NCBI GenBank assembly: GCA_964035575.1
Contig: OZ037843.1
Location: 744,001-808,000, forward strand
Source: Rhynchopus sp. YZ270_cl-10
Taxonomy: Eukaryota
Reading direction: 5' to 3'
DNA length: 64,000 nucleotides
Numbering within the stretch: the first letter of the stretch is position 1; each line of letters begins with the position of its first letter. Below the pieces are notes generated by a model. That model saw nothing but the letters and a program-made list of their open reading frames with translations. It was not told where the DNA came from and did no database searches. Shown one piece after another: positions 11,567 to 26,500 of the stretch. A program made the translations under genes and the position numbers.

Positions 11567-14500
11567 TAACACCTCGTCCCGAATTTTTGTCCGAGAATAC
11601 GATTACTAATTAGTTACTCCACTAAATAAATCGAGCAAAAATATGGTGAACTCAGCGGAGCCCGGTTTTAAAAGTGCCAAAAACGACCTTTTCGTTTTGA
11701 CGCGTTGTGAGTTCCTCAAATGCAATTTTGAAAGGTAAAAAATTCGGGTTTTCTAAGCACAAGCAGTGTTAAGTCAAAAAATTTCGCGAAAAAAAAATAG
11801 GTTTTTTTTGCGTTAAAAGCTCGGAACCCAGAAACGTCCAATGGCGAAGTTTTTTTCTGGTTTCGTTGCACCCTGTATTTTTACTAAAAAATCGAGACAA
11901 AGTGATTTTTACCTGGATTTTTGCCTGTATTTTACTAGGGATTTTCCCTTAGTAAAATACAGGGGAATTATCTAACACCTCGTCCCGAATTTTTGTCCGA
12001 GAATACGATTACTAATTAGTTACTCCACTAAATAAATCGAGCAAAAATATGGTGAACTCAGCGGAGCCCGGTTTTAAAAGTGCCAAAAACGACCTTTTCG
12101 TTTTGACGCGTTGTGAGTTCCTCAAATGCAATTTTGAAAGGTAAAAAATTCGGGTTTTCTAAGCACAAGCAGTGTTAAGTCAAAAAATTTCGCGAAAAAA
12201 AAATAGGTTTTTTTTGCGTTAAAAGCTCGGAACCCAGAAACGTCCAATGGCGAAGTTTTTTTCTGGTTTCGTTGCACCCTGTATTTTTACTAAAAAATCG
12301 AGACAAAGTGATTTTTACCTGGATTTTTGCCTGTATTTTACTAGGGATTTTCCCTTAGTAAAATACAGGGGAATTATCTAACACCTCGTCCCGAATTTTT
12401 GTCCGAGAATACGATTACTAATTAGTTACTCCACTAAATAAATCGAGCAAAAATATGGTGAACTCAGCGGAGCCCGGTTTTAAAAGTGCCAAAAACGACC
12501 TTTTCGTTTTGACGCGTTGTGAGTTCCTCAAATGCAATTTTGAAAGGTAAAAAATTCGGGTTTTCTAAGCACAAGCAGTGTTAAGTCAAAAAATTTCGCG
12601 AAAAAAAAATAGGTTTTTTTTGCGTTAAAAGCTCGGAACCCAGAAACGTCCAATGGCGAAGTTTTTTTCTGGTTTCGTTGCACCCTGTATTTTTACTAAA
12701 AAATCGAGACAAAGTGATTTTTACCTGGATTTTTGCCTGTATTTTACTAGGGATTTTCCCTTAGTAAAATACAGGGGAATTATCTAACACCTCGTCCCGA
12801 ATTTTTGTCCGAGAATACGATTACTAATTAGTTACTCCACTAAATAAATCGAGCAAAAATATGGTGAACTCAGCGGAGCCCGGTTTTAAAAGTGCCAAAA
12901 ACGACCTTTTCGTTTTGACGCGTTGTGAGTTCCTCAAATGCAATTTTGAAAGGTAAAAAATTCGGGTTTTCTAAGCACAAGCAGTGTTAAGTCAAAAAAT
13001 TTCGCGAAAAAAAAATAGGTTTTTTTTGCGTTAAAAGCTCGGAACCCAGAAACGTCCAATGGCGAAGTTTTTTTCTGGTTTCGTTGCACCCTGTATTTTT
13101 ACTAAAAAATCGAGACAAAGTGATTTTTACCTGGATTTTTGCCTGTATTTTACTAGGGATTTTCCCTTAGTAAAATACAGGGGAATTATCTAACACCTCG
13201 TCCCGAATTTTTGTCCGAGAATACGATTACTAATTAGTTACTCCACTAAATAAATCGAGCAAAAATATGGTGAACTCAGCGGAGCCCGGTTTTAAAAGTG
13301 CCAAAAACGACCTTTTCGTTTTGACGCGTTGTGAGTTCCTCAAATGCAATTTTGAAAGGTAAAAAATTCGGGTTTTCTAAGCACAAGCAGTGTTAAGTCA
13401 AAAAATTTCGCGAAAAAAAAATAGGTTTTTTTTGCGTTAAAAGCTCGGAACCCAGAAACGTCCAATGGCGAAGTTTTTTTCTGGTTTCGTTGCACCCTGT
13501 ATTTTTACTAAAAAATCGAGACAAAGTGATTTTTACCTGGATTTTTGCCTGTATTTTACTAGGGATTTTCCCTTAGTAAAATACAGGGGAATTATCTAAC
13601 ACCTCGTCCCGAATTTTTGTCCGAGAATACGATTACTAATTAGTTACTCCACTAAATAAATCGAGCAAAAATATGGTGAACTCAGCGGAGCCCGGTTTTA
13701 AAAGTGCCAAAAACGACCTTTTCGTTTTGACGCGTTGTGAGTTCCTCAAATGCAATTTTGAAAGGTAAAAAATTCGGGTTTTCTAAGCACAAGCAGTGTT
13801 AAGTCAAAAAATTTCGCGAAAAAAAAATAGGTTTTTTTTGCGTTAAAAGCTCGGAACCCAGAAACGTCCAATGGCGAAGTTTTTTTCTGGTTTCGTTGCA
13901 CCCTGTATTTTTACTAAAAAATCGAGACAAAGTGATTTTTACCTGGATTTTTGCCTGTATTTTACTAGGGATTTTCCCTTAGTAAAATACAGGGGAATTA
14001 TCTAACACCTCGTCCCGAATTTTTGTCCGAGAATACGATTACTAATTAGTTACTCCACTAAATAAATCGAGCAAAAATATGGTGAACTCAGCGGAGCCCG
14101 GTTTTAAAAGTGCCAAAAACGACCTTTTCGTTTTGACGCGTTGTGAGTTCCTCAAATGCAATTTTGAAAGGTAAAAAATTCGGGTTTTCTAAGCACAAGC
14201 AGTGTTAAGTCAAAAAATTTCGCGAAAAAAAAATAGGTTTTTTTTGCGTTAAAAGCTCGGAACCCAGAAACGTCCAATGGCGAAGTTTTTTTCTGGTTTC
14301 GTTGCACCCTGTATTTTTACTAAAAAATCGAGACAAAGTGATTTTTACCTGGATTTTTGCCTGTATTTTACTAGGGATTTTCCCTTAGTAAAATACAGGG
14401 GAATTATCTAACACCTCGTCCCGAATTTTTGTCCGAGAATACGATTACTAATTAGTTACTCCACTAAATAAATCGAGCAAAAATATGGTGAACTCAGCGG

Positions 14501-17500
14501 AGCCCGGTTTTAAAAGTGCCAAAAACGACCTTTTCGTTTTGACGCGTTGTGAGTTCCTCAAATGCAATTTTGAAAGGTAAAAAATTCGGGTTTTCTAAGC
14601 ACAAGCAGTGTTAAGTCAAAAAATTTCGCGAAAAAAAAATAGGTTTTTTTTGCGTTAAAAGCTCGGAACCCAGAAACGTCCAATGGCGAAGTTTTTTTCT
14701 GGTTTCGTTGCACCCTGTATTTTTACTAAAAAATCGAGACAAAGTGATTTTTACCTGGATTTTTGCCTGTATTTTACTAGGGATTTTCCCTTAGTAAAAT
14801 ACAGGGGAATTATCTAACACCTCGTCCCGAATTTTTGTCCGAGAATACGATTACTAATTAGTTACTCCACTAAATAAATCGAGCAAAAATATGGTGAACT
14901 CAGCGGAGCCCGGTTTTAAAAGTGCCAAAAACGACCTTTTCGTTTTGACGCGTTGTGAGTTCCTCAAATGCAATTTTGAAAGGTAAAAAATTCGGGTTTT
15001 CTAAGCACAAGCAGTGTTAAGTCAAAAAATTTCGCGAAAAAAAAATAGGTTTTTTTTGCGTTAAAAGCTCGGAACCCAGAAACGTCCAATGGCGAAGTTT
15101 TTTTCTGGTTTCGTTGCACCCTGTATTTTTACTAAAAAATCGAGACAAAGTGATTTTTACCTGGATTTTTGCCTGTATTTTACTAGGGATTTTCCCTTAG
15201 TAAAATACAGGGGAATTATCTAACACCTCGTCCCGAATTTTTGTCCGAGAATACGATTACTAATTAGTTACTCCACTAAATAAATCGAGCAAAAATATGG
15301 TGAACTCAGCGGAGCCCGGTTTTAAAAGTGCCAAAAACGACCTTTTCGTTTTGACGCGTTGTGAGTTCCTCAAATGCAATTTTGAAAGGTAAAAAATTCG
15401 GGTTTTCTAAGCACAAGCAGTGTTAAGTCAAAAAATTTCGCGAAAAAAAAATAGGTTTTTTTTGCGTTAAAAGCTCGGAACCCAGAAACGTCCAATGGCG
15501 AAGTTTTTTTCTGGTTTCGTTGCACCCTGTATTTTTACTAAAAAATCGAGACAAAGTGATTTTTACCTGGATTTTTGCCTGTATTTTACTAGGGATTTTC
15601 CCTTAGTAAAATACAGGGGAATTATCTAACACCTCGTCCCGAATTTTTGTCCGAGAATACGATTACTAATTAGTTACTCCACTAAATAAATCGAGCAAAA
15701 ATATGGTGAACTCAGCGGAGCCCGGTTTTAAAAGTGCCAAAAACGACCTTTTCGTTTTGACGCGTTGTGAGTTCCTCAAATGCAATTTTGAAAGGTAAAA
15801 AATTCGGGTTTTCTAAGCACAAGCAGTGTTAAGTCAAAAAATTTCGCGAAAAAAAAATGGGTTTTTTTTTGCGTTAAAAGCTCGGAACCCAGAAACGTCC
15901 AATGGCGAAGTTTTTTTCTGGTTTCGTTGCACCCTGTATTTTTACTAAAAAATCGAGACAAAGTGATTTTTACCTGGATTTTTGCCTGTATTTTACTAGG
16001 GATTTTCCCTTAGTAAAATACAGGGGAATTATCTAACACCTCGTCCCGAATTTTTGTCCGAGAATACGATTACTAATTAGTTACTCCACTAAATAAATCG
16101 AGCAAAAATATGGTGAACTCAGCGGAGCCCGGTTTTAAAAGTGCCAAAAACGACCTTTTCGTTTTGACGCGTTGTGAGTTCCTCAAATGCAATTTTGAAA
16201 GGTAAAAAATTCGGGTTTTCTAAGCACAAGCAGTGTTAAGTCAAAAAATTTCGCGAAAAAAAAATAGGTTTTTTTTGCGTTAAAAGCTCGGAACCCAGAA
16301 ACGTCCAATGGCGAAGTTTTTTTCTGGTTTCGTTGCACCCTGTATTTTTACTAAAAAATCGAGACAAAGTGATTTTTACCTGGATTTTTGCCTGTATTTT
16401 ACTAGGGATTTTCCCTTAGTAAAATACAGGGGAATTATCTAACACCTCGTCCCGAATTTTTGTCCGAGAATACGATTACTAATTAGTTACTCCACTAAAT
16501 AAATCGAGCAAAAATATGGTGAACTCAGCGGAGCCCGGTTTTAAAAGTGCCAAAAACGACCTTTTCGTTTTGACGCGTTGTGAGTTCCTCAAATGCAATT
16601 TTGAAAGGTAAAAAATTCGGGTTTTCTAAGCACAAGCAGTGTTAAGTCAAAAAATTTCGCGAAAAAAAAATAGGTTTTTTTTGCGTTAAAAGCTCGGAAC
16701 CCAGAAACGTCCAATGGCGAAGTTTTTTTCTGGTTTCGTTGCACCCTGTATTTTTACTAAAAAATCGAGACAAAGTGATTTTTACCTGGATTTTTGCCTG
16801 TATTTTACTAGGGATTTTCCCTTAGTAAAATACAGGGGAATTATCTAACACCTCGTCCCGAATTTTTGTCCGAGAATACGATTACTAATTAGTTACTCCA
16901 CTAAATAAATCGAGCAAAAATATGGTGAACTCAGCGGAGCCCGGTTTTAAAAGTGCCAAAAACGACCTTTTCGTTTTGACGCGTTGTGAGTTCCTCAAAT
17001 GCAATTTTGAAAGGTAAAAAATTCGGGTTTTCTAAGCACAAGCAGTGTTAAGTCAAAAAATTTCGCGAAAAAAAAAATAGGTTTTTTTTGCGTTAAAAGC
17101 TCGGAACCCAGAAACGTCCAATGGCGAAGTTTTTTTCTGGTTTCGTTGCACCCTGTATTTTTACTAAAAAATCGAGACAAAGTGATTTTTACCTGGATTT
17201 TTGCCTGTATTTTACTAGGGATTTTCCCTTAGTAAAATACAGGGGAATTATCTAACACCTCGTCCCGAATTTTTGTCCGAGAATACGATTACTAATTAGT
17301 TACTCCACTAAATAAATCGAGCAAAAATATGGTGAACTCAGCGGAGCCCGGTTTTAAAAGTGCCAAAAACGACCTTTTCGTTTTGACGCGTTGTGAGTTC
17401 CTCAAATGCAATTTTGAAAGGTAAAAAATTCGGGTTTTCTAAGCACAAGCAGTGTTAAGTCAAAAAATTTCGCGAAAAAAAAATAGGTTTTTTTTGCGTT

Positions 17501-20500
17501 AAAAGCTCGGAACCCAGAAACGTCCAATGGCGAAGTTTTTTTCTGGTTTCGTTGCACCCTGTATTTTTACTAAAAAATCGAGACAAAGTGATTTTTACCT
17601 GGATTTTTGCCTGTATTTTACTAGGGATTTTCCCTTAGTAAAATACAGGGGAATTATCTAACACCTCGTCCCGAATTTTTGTCCGAGAATACGATTACTA
17701 ATTAGTTACTCCACTAAATAAATCGAGCAAAAATATGGTGAACTCAGCGGAGCCCGGTTTTAAAAGTGCCAAAAACGACCTTTTCGTTTTGACGCGTTGT
17801 GAGTTCCTCAAATGCAATTTTGAAAGGTAAAAAATTCGGGTTTTCTAAGCACAAGCAGTGTTAAGTCAAAAAATTTCGCGAAAAAAAAATGGGTTTTTTT
17901 TGCGTTAAAAGCTCGGAACCCAGAAACGTCCAATGGCGAAGTTTTTTTCTGGTTTCGTTGCACCCTGTATTTTTACTAAAAAATCGAGACAAAGTGATTT
18001 TTACCTGGATTTTTGCCTGTATTTTACTAGGGATTTTCCCTTAGTAAAATACAGGGGAATTATCTAACACCTCGTCCCGAATTTTTGTCCGAGAATACGA
18101 TTACTAATTAGTTACTCCACTAAATAAATCGAGCAAAAATATGGTGAACTCAGCGGAGCCCGGTTTTAAAAGTGCCAAAAACGACCTTTTCGTTTTGACG
18201 CGTTGTGAGTTCCTCAAATGCAATTTTGAAAGGTAAAAAATTCGGGTTTTCTAAGCACAAGCAGTGTTAAGTCAAAAAATTTCGCGAAAAAAAAATAGGT
18301 TTTTTTTGCGTTAAAAGCTCGGAACCCAGAAACGTCCAATGGCGAAGTTTTTTTCTGGTTTCGTTGCACCCTGTATTTTTACTAAAAAATCGAGACAAAG
18401 TGATTTTTACCTGGATTTTTGCCTGTATTTTACTAGGGATTTTCCCTTAGTAAAATACAGGGGAATTATCTAACACCTCGTCCCGAATTTTTGTCCGAGA
18501 ATACGATTACTAATTAGTTACTCCACTAAATAAATCGAGCAAAAATATGGTGAACTCAGCGGAGCCCGGTTTTAAAAGTGCCAAAAACGACCTTTTCGTT
18601 TTGACGCGTTGTGAGTTCCTCAAATGCAATTTTGAAAGGTAAAAAATTCGGGTTTTCTAAGCACAAGCAGTGTTAAGTCAAAAAATTTCGCGAAAAAAAA
18701 ATAGGTTTTTTTTGCGTTAAAAGCTCGGAACCCAGAAACGTCCAATGGCGAAGTTTTTTTCTGGTTTCGTTGCACCCTGTATTTTTACTAAAAAATCGAG
18801 ACAAAGTGATTTTTACCTGGATTTTTGCCTGTATTTTACTAGGGATTTTCCCTTAGTAAAATACAGGGGAATTATCTAACACCTCGTCCCGAATTTTTGT
18901 CCGAGAATACGATTACTAATTAGTTACTCCACTAAATAAATCGAGCAAAAATATGGTGAACTCAGCGGAGCCCGGTTTTAAAAGTGCCAAAAACGACCTT
19001 TTCGTTTTGACGCGTTGTGAGTTCCTCAAATGCAATTTTGAAAGGTAAAAAATTCGGGTTTTCTAAGCACAAGCAGTGTTAAGTCAAAAAATTTCGCGAA
19101 AAAAAAATGGGTTTTTTTTGCGTTAAAAGCTCGGAACCCAGAAACGTCCAATGGCGAAGTTTTTTTCTGGTTTCGTTGCACCCTGTATTTTTACTAAAAA
19201 ATCGAGACAAAGTGATTTTTACCTGGATTTTTGCCTGTATTTTACTAGGGATTTTCCCTTAGTAAAATACAGGGGAATTATCTAACACCTCGTCCCGAAT
19301 TTTTGTCCGAGAATACGATTACTAATTAGTTACTCCACTAAATAAATCGAGCAAAAATATGGTGAACTCAGCGGAGCCCGGTTTTAAAAGTGCCAAAAAC
19401 GACCTTTTCGTTTTGACGCGTTGTGAGTTCCTCAAATGCAATTTTGAAAGGTAAAAAATTCGGGTTTTCTAAGCACAAGCAGTGTTAAGTCAAAAAATTT
19501 CGCGAAAAAAAAATAGGTTTTTTTTGCGTTAAAAGCTCGGAACCCAGAAACGTCCAATGGCGAAGTTTTTTTCTGGTTTCGTTGCACCCTGTATTTTTAC
19601 TAAAAAATCGAGACAAAGTGATTTTTACCTGGATTTTTGCCTGTATTTTACTAGGGATTTTCCCTTAGTAAAATACAGGGGAATTATCTAACACCTCGTC
19701 CCGAATTTTTGTCCGAGAATACGATTACTAATTAGTTACTCCACTAAATAAATCGAGCAAAAATATGGTGAACTCAGCGGAGCCCGGTTTTAAAAGTGCC
19801 AAAAACGACCTTTTCGTTTTGACGCGTTGTGAGTTCCTCAAATGCAATTTTGAAAGGTAAAAAATTCGGGTTTTCTAAGCACAAGCAGTGTTAAGTCAAA
19901 AAATTTCGCGAAAAAAAAATAGGTTTTTTTTGCGTTAAAAGCTCGGAACCCAGAAACGTCCAATGGCGAAGTTTTTTTCTGGTTTCGTTGCACCCTGTAT
20001 TTTTACTAAAAAATCGAGACAAAGTGATTTTTACCTGGATTTTTGCCTGTATTTTACTAGGGATTTTCCCTTAGTAAAATACAGGGGAATTATCTAACAC
20101 CTCGTCCCGAATTTTTGTCCGAGAATACGATTACTAATTAGTTACTCCACTAAATAAATCGAGCAAAAATATGGTGAACTCAGCGGAGCCCGGTTTTAAA
20201 AGTGCCAAAAACGACCTTTTCGTTTTGACGCGTTGTGAGTTCCTCAAATGCAATTTTGAAAGGTAAAAAATTCGGGTTTTCTAAGCACAAGCAGTGTTAA
20301 GTCAAAAAATTTCGCGAAAAAAAAATGGGTTTTTTTTGCGTTAAAAGCTCGGAACCCAGAAACGTCCAATGGCGAAGTTTTTTTCTGGTTTCGTTGCACC
20401 CTGTATTTTTACTAAAAAATCGAGACAAAGTGATTTTTACCTGGATTTTTGCCTGTATTTTACTAGGGATTTTCCCTTAGTAAAATACAGGGGAATTATC

Positions 20501-23500
20501 TAACACCTCGTCCCGAATTTTTGTCCGAGAATACGATTACTAATTAGTTACTCCACTAAATAAATCGAGCAAAAATATGGTGAACTCAGCGGAGCCCGGT
20601 TTTAAAAGTGCCAAAAACGACCTTTTCGTTTTGACGCGTTGTGAGTTCCTCAAATGCAATTTTGAAAGGTAAAAAATTCGGGTTTTCTAAGCACAAGCAG
20701 TGTTAAGTCAAAAAATTTCGCGAAAAAAAAATAGGTTTTTTTTGCGTTAAAAGCTCGGAACCCAGAAACGTCCAATGGCGAAGTTTTTTTCTGGTTTCGT
20801 TGCACCCTGTATTTTTACTAAAAAATCGAGACAAAGTGATTTTTACCTGGATTTTTGCCTGTATTTTACTAGGGATTTTCCCTTAGTAAAATACAGGGGA
20901 ATTATCTAACACCTCGTCCCGAATTTTTGTCCGAGAATACGATTACTAATTAGTTACTCCACTAAATAAATCGAGCAAAAATATGGTGAACTCAGCGGAG
21001 CCCGGTTTTAAAAGTGCCAAAAACGACCTTTTCGTTTTGACGCGTTGTGAGTTCCTCAAATGCAATTTTGAAAGGTAAAAAATTCGGGTTTTCTAAGCAC
21101 AAGCAGTGTTAAGTCAAAAAATTTCGCGAAAAAAAAATAGGTTTTTTTTGCGTTAAAAGCTCGGAACCCAGAAACGTCCAATGGCGAAGTTTTTTTCTGG
21201 TTTCGTTGCACCCTGTATTTTTACTAAAAAATCGAGACAAAGTGATTTTTACCTGGATTTTTGCCTGTATTTTACTAGGGATTTTCCCTTAGTAAAATAC
21301 AGGGGAATTATCTAACACCTCGTCCCGAATTTTTGTCCGAGAATACGATTACTAATTAGTTACTCCACTAAATAAATCGAGCAAAAATATGGTGAACTCA
21401 GCGGAGCCCGGTTTTAAAAGTGCCAAAAACGACCTTTTCGTTTTGACGCGTTGTGAGTTCCTCAAATGCAATTTTGAAAGGTAAAAAATTCGGGTTTTCT
21501 AAGCACAAGCAGTGTTAAGTCAAAAAATTTCGCGAAAAAAAAATAGGTTTTTTTTGCGTTAAAAGCTCGGAACCCAGAAACGTCCAATGGCGAAGTTTTT
21601 TTCTGGTTTCGTTGCACCCTGTATTTTTACTAAAAAATCGAGACAAAGTGATTTTTACCTGGATTTTTGCCTGTATTTTACTAGGGATTTTCCCTTAGTA
21701 AAATACAGGGGAATTATCTAACACCTCGTCCCGAATTTTTGTCCGAGAATACGATTACTAATTAGTTACTCCACTAAATAAATCGAGCAAAAATATGGTG
21801 AACTCAGCGGAGCCCGGTTTTAAAAGTGCCAAAAACGACCTTTTCGTTTTGACGCGTTGTGAGTTCCTCAAATGCAATTTTGAAAGGTAAAAAATTCGGG
21901 TTTTCTAAGCACAAGCAGTGTTAAGTCAAAAAATTTCGCGAAAAAAAAATGGGTTTTTTTTGCGTTAAAAGCTCGGAACCCAGAAACGTCCAATGGCGAA
22001 GTTTTTTTCTGGTTTCGTTGCACCCTGTATTTTTACTAAAAAATCGAGACAAAGTGATTTTTACCTGGATTTTTGCCTGTATTTTACTAGGGATTTTCCC
22101 TTAGTAAAATACAGGGGAATTATCTAACACCTCGTCCCGAATTTTTGTCCGAGAATACGATTACTAATTAGTTACTCCACTAAATAAATCGAGCAAAAAT
22201 ATGGTGAACTCAGCGGAGCCCGGTTTTAAAAGTGCCAAAAACGACCTTTTCGTTTTGACGCGTTGTGAGTTCCTCAAATGCAATTTTGAAAGGTAAAAAA
22301 TTCGGGTTTTCTAAGCACAAGCAGTGTTAAGTCAAAAAATTTCGCGAAAAAAAAATAGGTTTTTTTTGCGTTAAAAGCTCGGAACCCAGAAACGTCCAAT
22401 GGCGAAGTTTTTTTCTGGTTTCGTTGCACCCTGTATTTTTACTAAAAAATCGAGACAAAGTGATTTTTACCTGGATTTTTGCCTGTATTTTACTAGGGAT
22501 TTTCCCTTAGTAAAATACAGGGGAATTATCTAACACCTCGTCCCGAATTTTTGTCCGAGAATACGATTACTAATTAGTTACTCCACTAAATAAATCGAGC
22601 AAAAATATGGTGAACTCAGCGGAGCCCGGTTTTAAAAGTGCCAAAAACGACCTTTTCGTTTTGACGCGTTGTGAGTTCCTCAAATGCAATTTTGAAAGGT
22701 AAAAAATTCGGGTTTTCTAAGCACAAGCAGTGTTAAGTCAAAAAATTTCGCGAAAAAAAAATAGGTTTTTTTTGCGTTAAAAGCTCGGAACCCAGAAACG
22801 TCCAATGGCGAAGTTTTTTTCTGGTTTCGTTGCACCCTGTATTTTTACTAAAAAATCGAGACAAAGTGATTTTTACCTGGATTTTTGCCTGTATTTTACT
22901 AGGGATTTTCCCTTAGTAAAATACAGGGGAATTATCTAACACCTCGTCCCGAATTTTTGTCCGAGAATACGATTACTAATTAGTTACTCCACTAAATAAA
23001 TCGAGCAAAAATATGGTGAACTCAGCGGAGCCCGGTTTTAAAAGTGCCAAAAACGACCTTTTCGTTTTGACGCGTTGTGAGTTCCTCAAATGCAATTTTG
23101 AAAGGTAAAAAATTCGGGTTTTCTAAGCACAAGCAGTGTTAAGTCAAAAAATTTCGCGAAAAAAAAATAGGTTTTTTTTGCGTTAAAAGCTCGGAACCCA
23201 GAAACGTCCAATGGCGAAGTTTTTTTCTGGTTTCGTTGCACCCTGTATTTTTACTAAAAAATCGAGACAAAGTGATTTTTACCTGGATTTTTGCCTGTAT
23301 TTTACTAGGGATTTTCCCTTAGTAAAATACAGGGGAATTATCTAACACCTCGTCCCGAATTTTTGTCCGAGAATACGATTACTAATTAGTTACTCCACTA
23401 AATAAATCGAGCAAAAATATGGTGAACTCAGCGGAGCCCGGTTTTAAAAGTGCCAAAAACGACCTTTTCGTTTTGACGCGTTGTGAGTTCCTCAAATGCA

Positions 23501-26500
23501 ATTTTGAAAGGTAAAAAATTCGGGTTTTCTAAGCACAAGCAGTGTTAAGTCAAAAAATTTCGCGAAAAAAAAATAGGTTTTTTTTGCGTTAAAAGCTCGG
23601 AACCCAGAAACGTCCAATGGCGAAGTTTTTTTCTGGTTTCGTTGCACCCTGTATTTTTACTAAAAAATCGAGACAAAGTGATTTTTACCTGGATTTTTGC
23701 CTGTATTTTACTAGGGATTTTCCCTTAGTAAAATACAGGGGAATTATCTAACACCTCGTCCCGAATTTTTGTCCGAGAATACGATTACTAATTAGTTACT
23801 CCACTAAATAAATCGAGCAAAAATATGGTGAACTCAGCGGAGCCCGGTTTTAAAAGTGCCAAAAACGACCTTTTCGTTTTGACGCGTTGTGAGTTCCTCA
23901 AATGCAATTTTGAAAGGTAAAAAATTCGGGTTTTCTAAGCACAAGCAGTGTTAAGTCAAAAAATTTCGCGAAAAAAAAATAGGTTTTTTTTGCGTTAAAA
24001 GCTCGGAACCCAGAAACGTCCAATGGCGAAGTTTTTTTCTGGTTTCGTTGCACCCTGTATTTTTACTAAAAAATCGAGACAAAGTGATTTTTACCTGGAT
24101 TTTTGCCTGTATTTTACTAGGGATTTTCCCTTAGTAAAATACAGGGGAATTATCTAACACCTCGTCCCGAATTTTTGTCCGAGAATACGATTACTAATTA
24201 GTTACTCCACTAAATAAATCGAGCAAAAATATGGTGAACTCAGCGGAGCCCGGTTTTAAAAGTGCCAAAAACGACCTTTTCGTTTTGACGCGTTGTGAGT
24301 TCCTCAAATGCAATTTTGAAAGGTAAAAAATTCGGGTTTTCTAAGCACAAGCAGTGTTAAGTCAAAAAATTTCGCGAAAAAAAAATAGGTTTTTTTTGCG
24401 TTAAAAGCTCGGAACCCAGAAACGTCCAATGGCGAAGTTTTTTTCTGGTTTCGTTGCACCCTGTATTTTTACTAAAAAATCGAGACAAAGTGATTTTTAC
24501 CTGGATTTTTGCCTGTATTTTACTAGGGATTTTCCCTTAGTAAAATACAGGGGAATTATCTAACACCTCGTCCCGAATTTTTGTCCGAGAATACGATTAC
24601 TAATTAGTTACTCCACTAAATAAATCGAGCAAAAATATGGTGAACTCAGCGGAGCCCGGTTTTAAAAGTGCCAAAAACGACCTTTTCGTTTTGACGCGTT
24701 GTGAGTTCCTCAAATGCAATTTTGAAAGGTAAAAAATTCGGGTTTTCTAAGCACAAGCAGTGTTAAGTCAAAAAATTTCGCGAAAAAAAAATAGGTTTTT
24801 TTTGCGTTAAAAGCTCGGAACCCAGAAACGTCCAATGGCGAAGTTTTTTTCTGGTTTCGTTGCACCCTGTATTTTTACTAAAAAATCGAGACAAAGTGAT
24901 TTTTACCTGGATTTTTGCCTGTATTTTACTAGGGATTTTCCCTTAGTAAAATACAGGGGAATTATCTAACACCTCGTCCCGAATTTTTGTCCGAGAATAC
25001 GATTACTAATTAGTTACTCCACTAAATAAATCGAGCAAAAATATGGTGAACTCAGCGGAGCCCGGTTTTAAAAGTGCCAAAAACGACCTTTTCGTTTTGA
25101 CGCGTTGTGAGTTCCTCAAATGCAATTTTGAAAGGTAAAAAATTCGGGTTTTCTAAGCACAAGCAGTGTTAAGTCAAAAAATTTCGCGAAAAAAAAATAG
25201 GTTTTTTTTGCGTTAAAAGCTCGGAACCCAGAAACGTCCAATGGCGAAGTTTTTTTCTGGTTTCGTTGCACCCTGTATTTTTACTAAAAAATCGAGACAA
25301 AGTGATTTTTACCTGGATTTTTGCCTGTATTTTACTAGGGATTTTCCCTTAGTAAAATACAGGGGAATTATCTAACACCTCGTCCCGAATTTTTGTCCGA
25401 GAATACGATTACTAATTAGTTACTCCACTAAATAAATCGAGCAAAAATATGGTGAACTCAGCGGAGCCCGGTTTTAAAAGTGCCAAAAACGACCTTTTCG
25501 TTTTGACGCGTTGTGAGTTCCTCAAATGCAATTTTGAAAGGTAAAAAATTCGGGTTTTCTAAGCACAAGCAGTGTTAAGTCAAAAAATTTCGCGAAAAAA
25601 AAATAGGTTTTTTTTGCGTTAAAAGCTCGGAACCCAGAAACGTCCAATGGCGAAGTTTTTTTCTGGTTTCGTTGCACCCTGTATTTTTACTAAAAAATCG
25701 AGACAAAGTGATTTTTACCTGGATTTTTGCCTGTATTTTACTAGGGATTTTCCCTTAGTAAAATACAGGGGAATTATCTAACACCTCGTCCCGAATTTTT
25801 GTCCGAGAATACGATTACTAATTAGTTACTCCACTAAATAAATCGAGCAAAAATATGGTGAACTCAGCGGAGCCCGGTTTTAAAAGTGCCAAAAACGACC
25901 TTTTCGTTTTGACGCGTTGTGAGTTCCTCAAATGCAATTTTGAAAGGTAAAAAATTCGGGTTTTCTAAGCACAAGCAGTGTTAAGTCAAAAAATTTCGCG
26001 AAAAAAAAATAGGTTTTTTTTGCGTTAAAAGCTCGGAACCCAGAAACGTCCAATGGCGAAGTTTTTTTCTGGTTTCGTTGCACCCTGTATTTTTACTAAA
26101 AAATCGAGACAAAGTGATTTTTACCTGGATTTTTGCCTGTATTTTACTAGGGATTTTCCCTTAGTAAAATACAGGGGAATTATCTAACACCTCGTCCCGA
26201 ATTTTTGTCCGAGAATACGATTACTAATTAGTTACTCCACTAAATAAATCGAGCAAAAATATGGTGAACTCAGCGGAGCCCGGTTTTAAAAGTGCCAAAA
26301 ACGACCTTTTCGTTTTGACGCGTTGTGAGTTCCTCAAATGCAATTTTGAAAGGTAAAAAATTCGGGTTTTCTAAGCACAAGCAGTGTTAAGTCAAAAAAT
26401 TTCGCGAAAAAAAAATAGGTTTTTTTTGCGTTAAAAGCTCGGAACCCAGAAACGTCCAATGGCGAAGTTTTTTTCTGGTTTCGTTGCACCCTGTATTTTT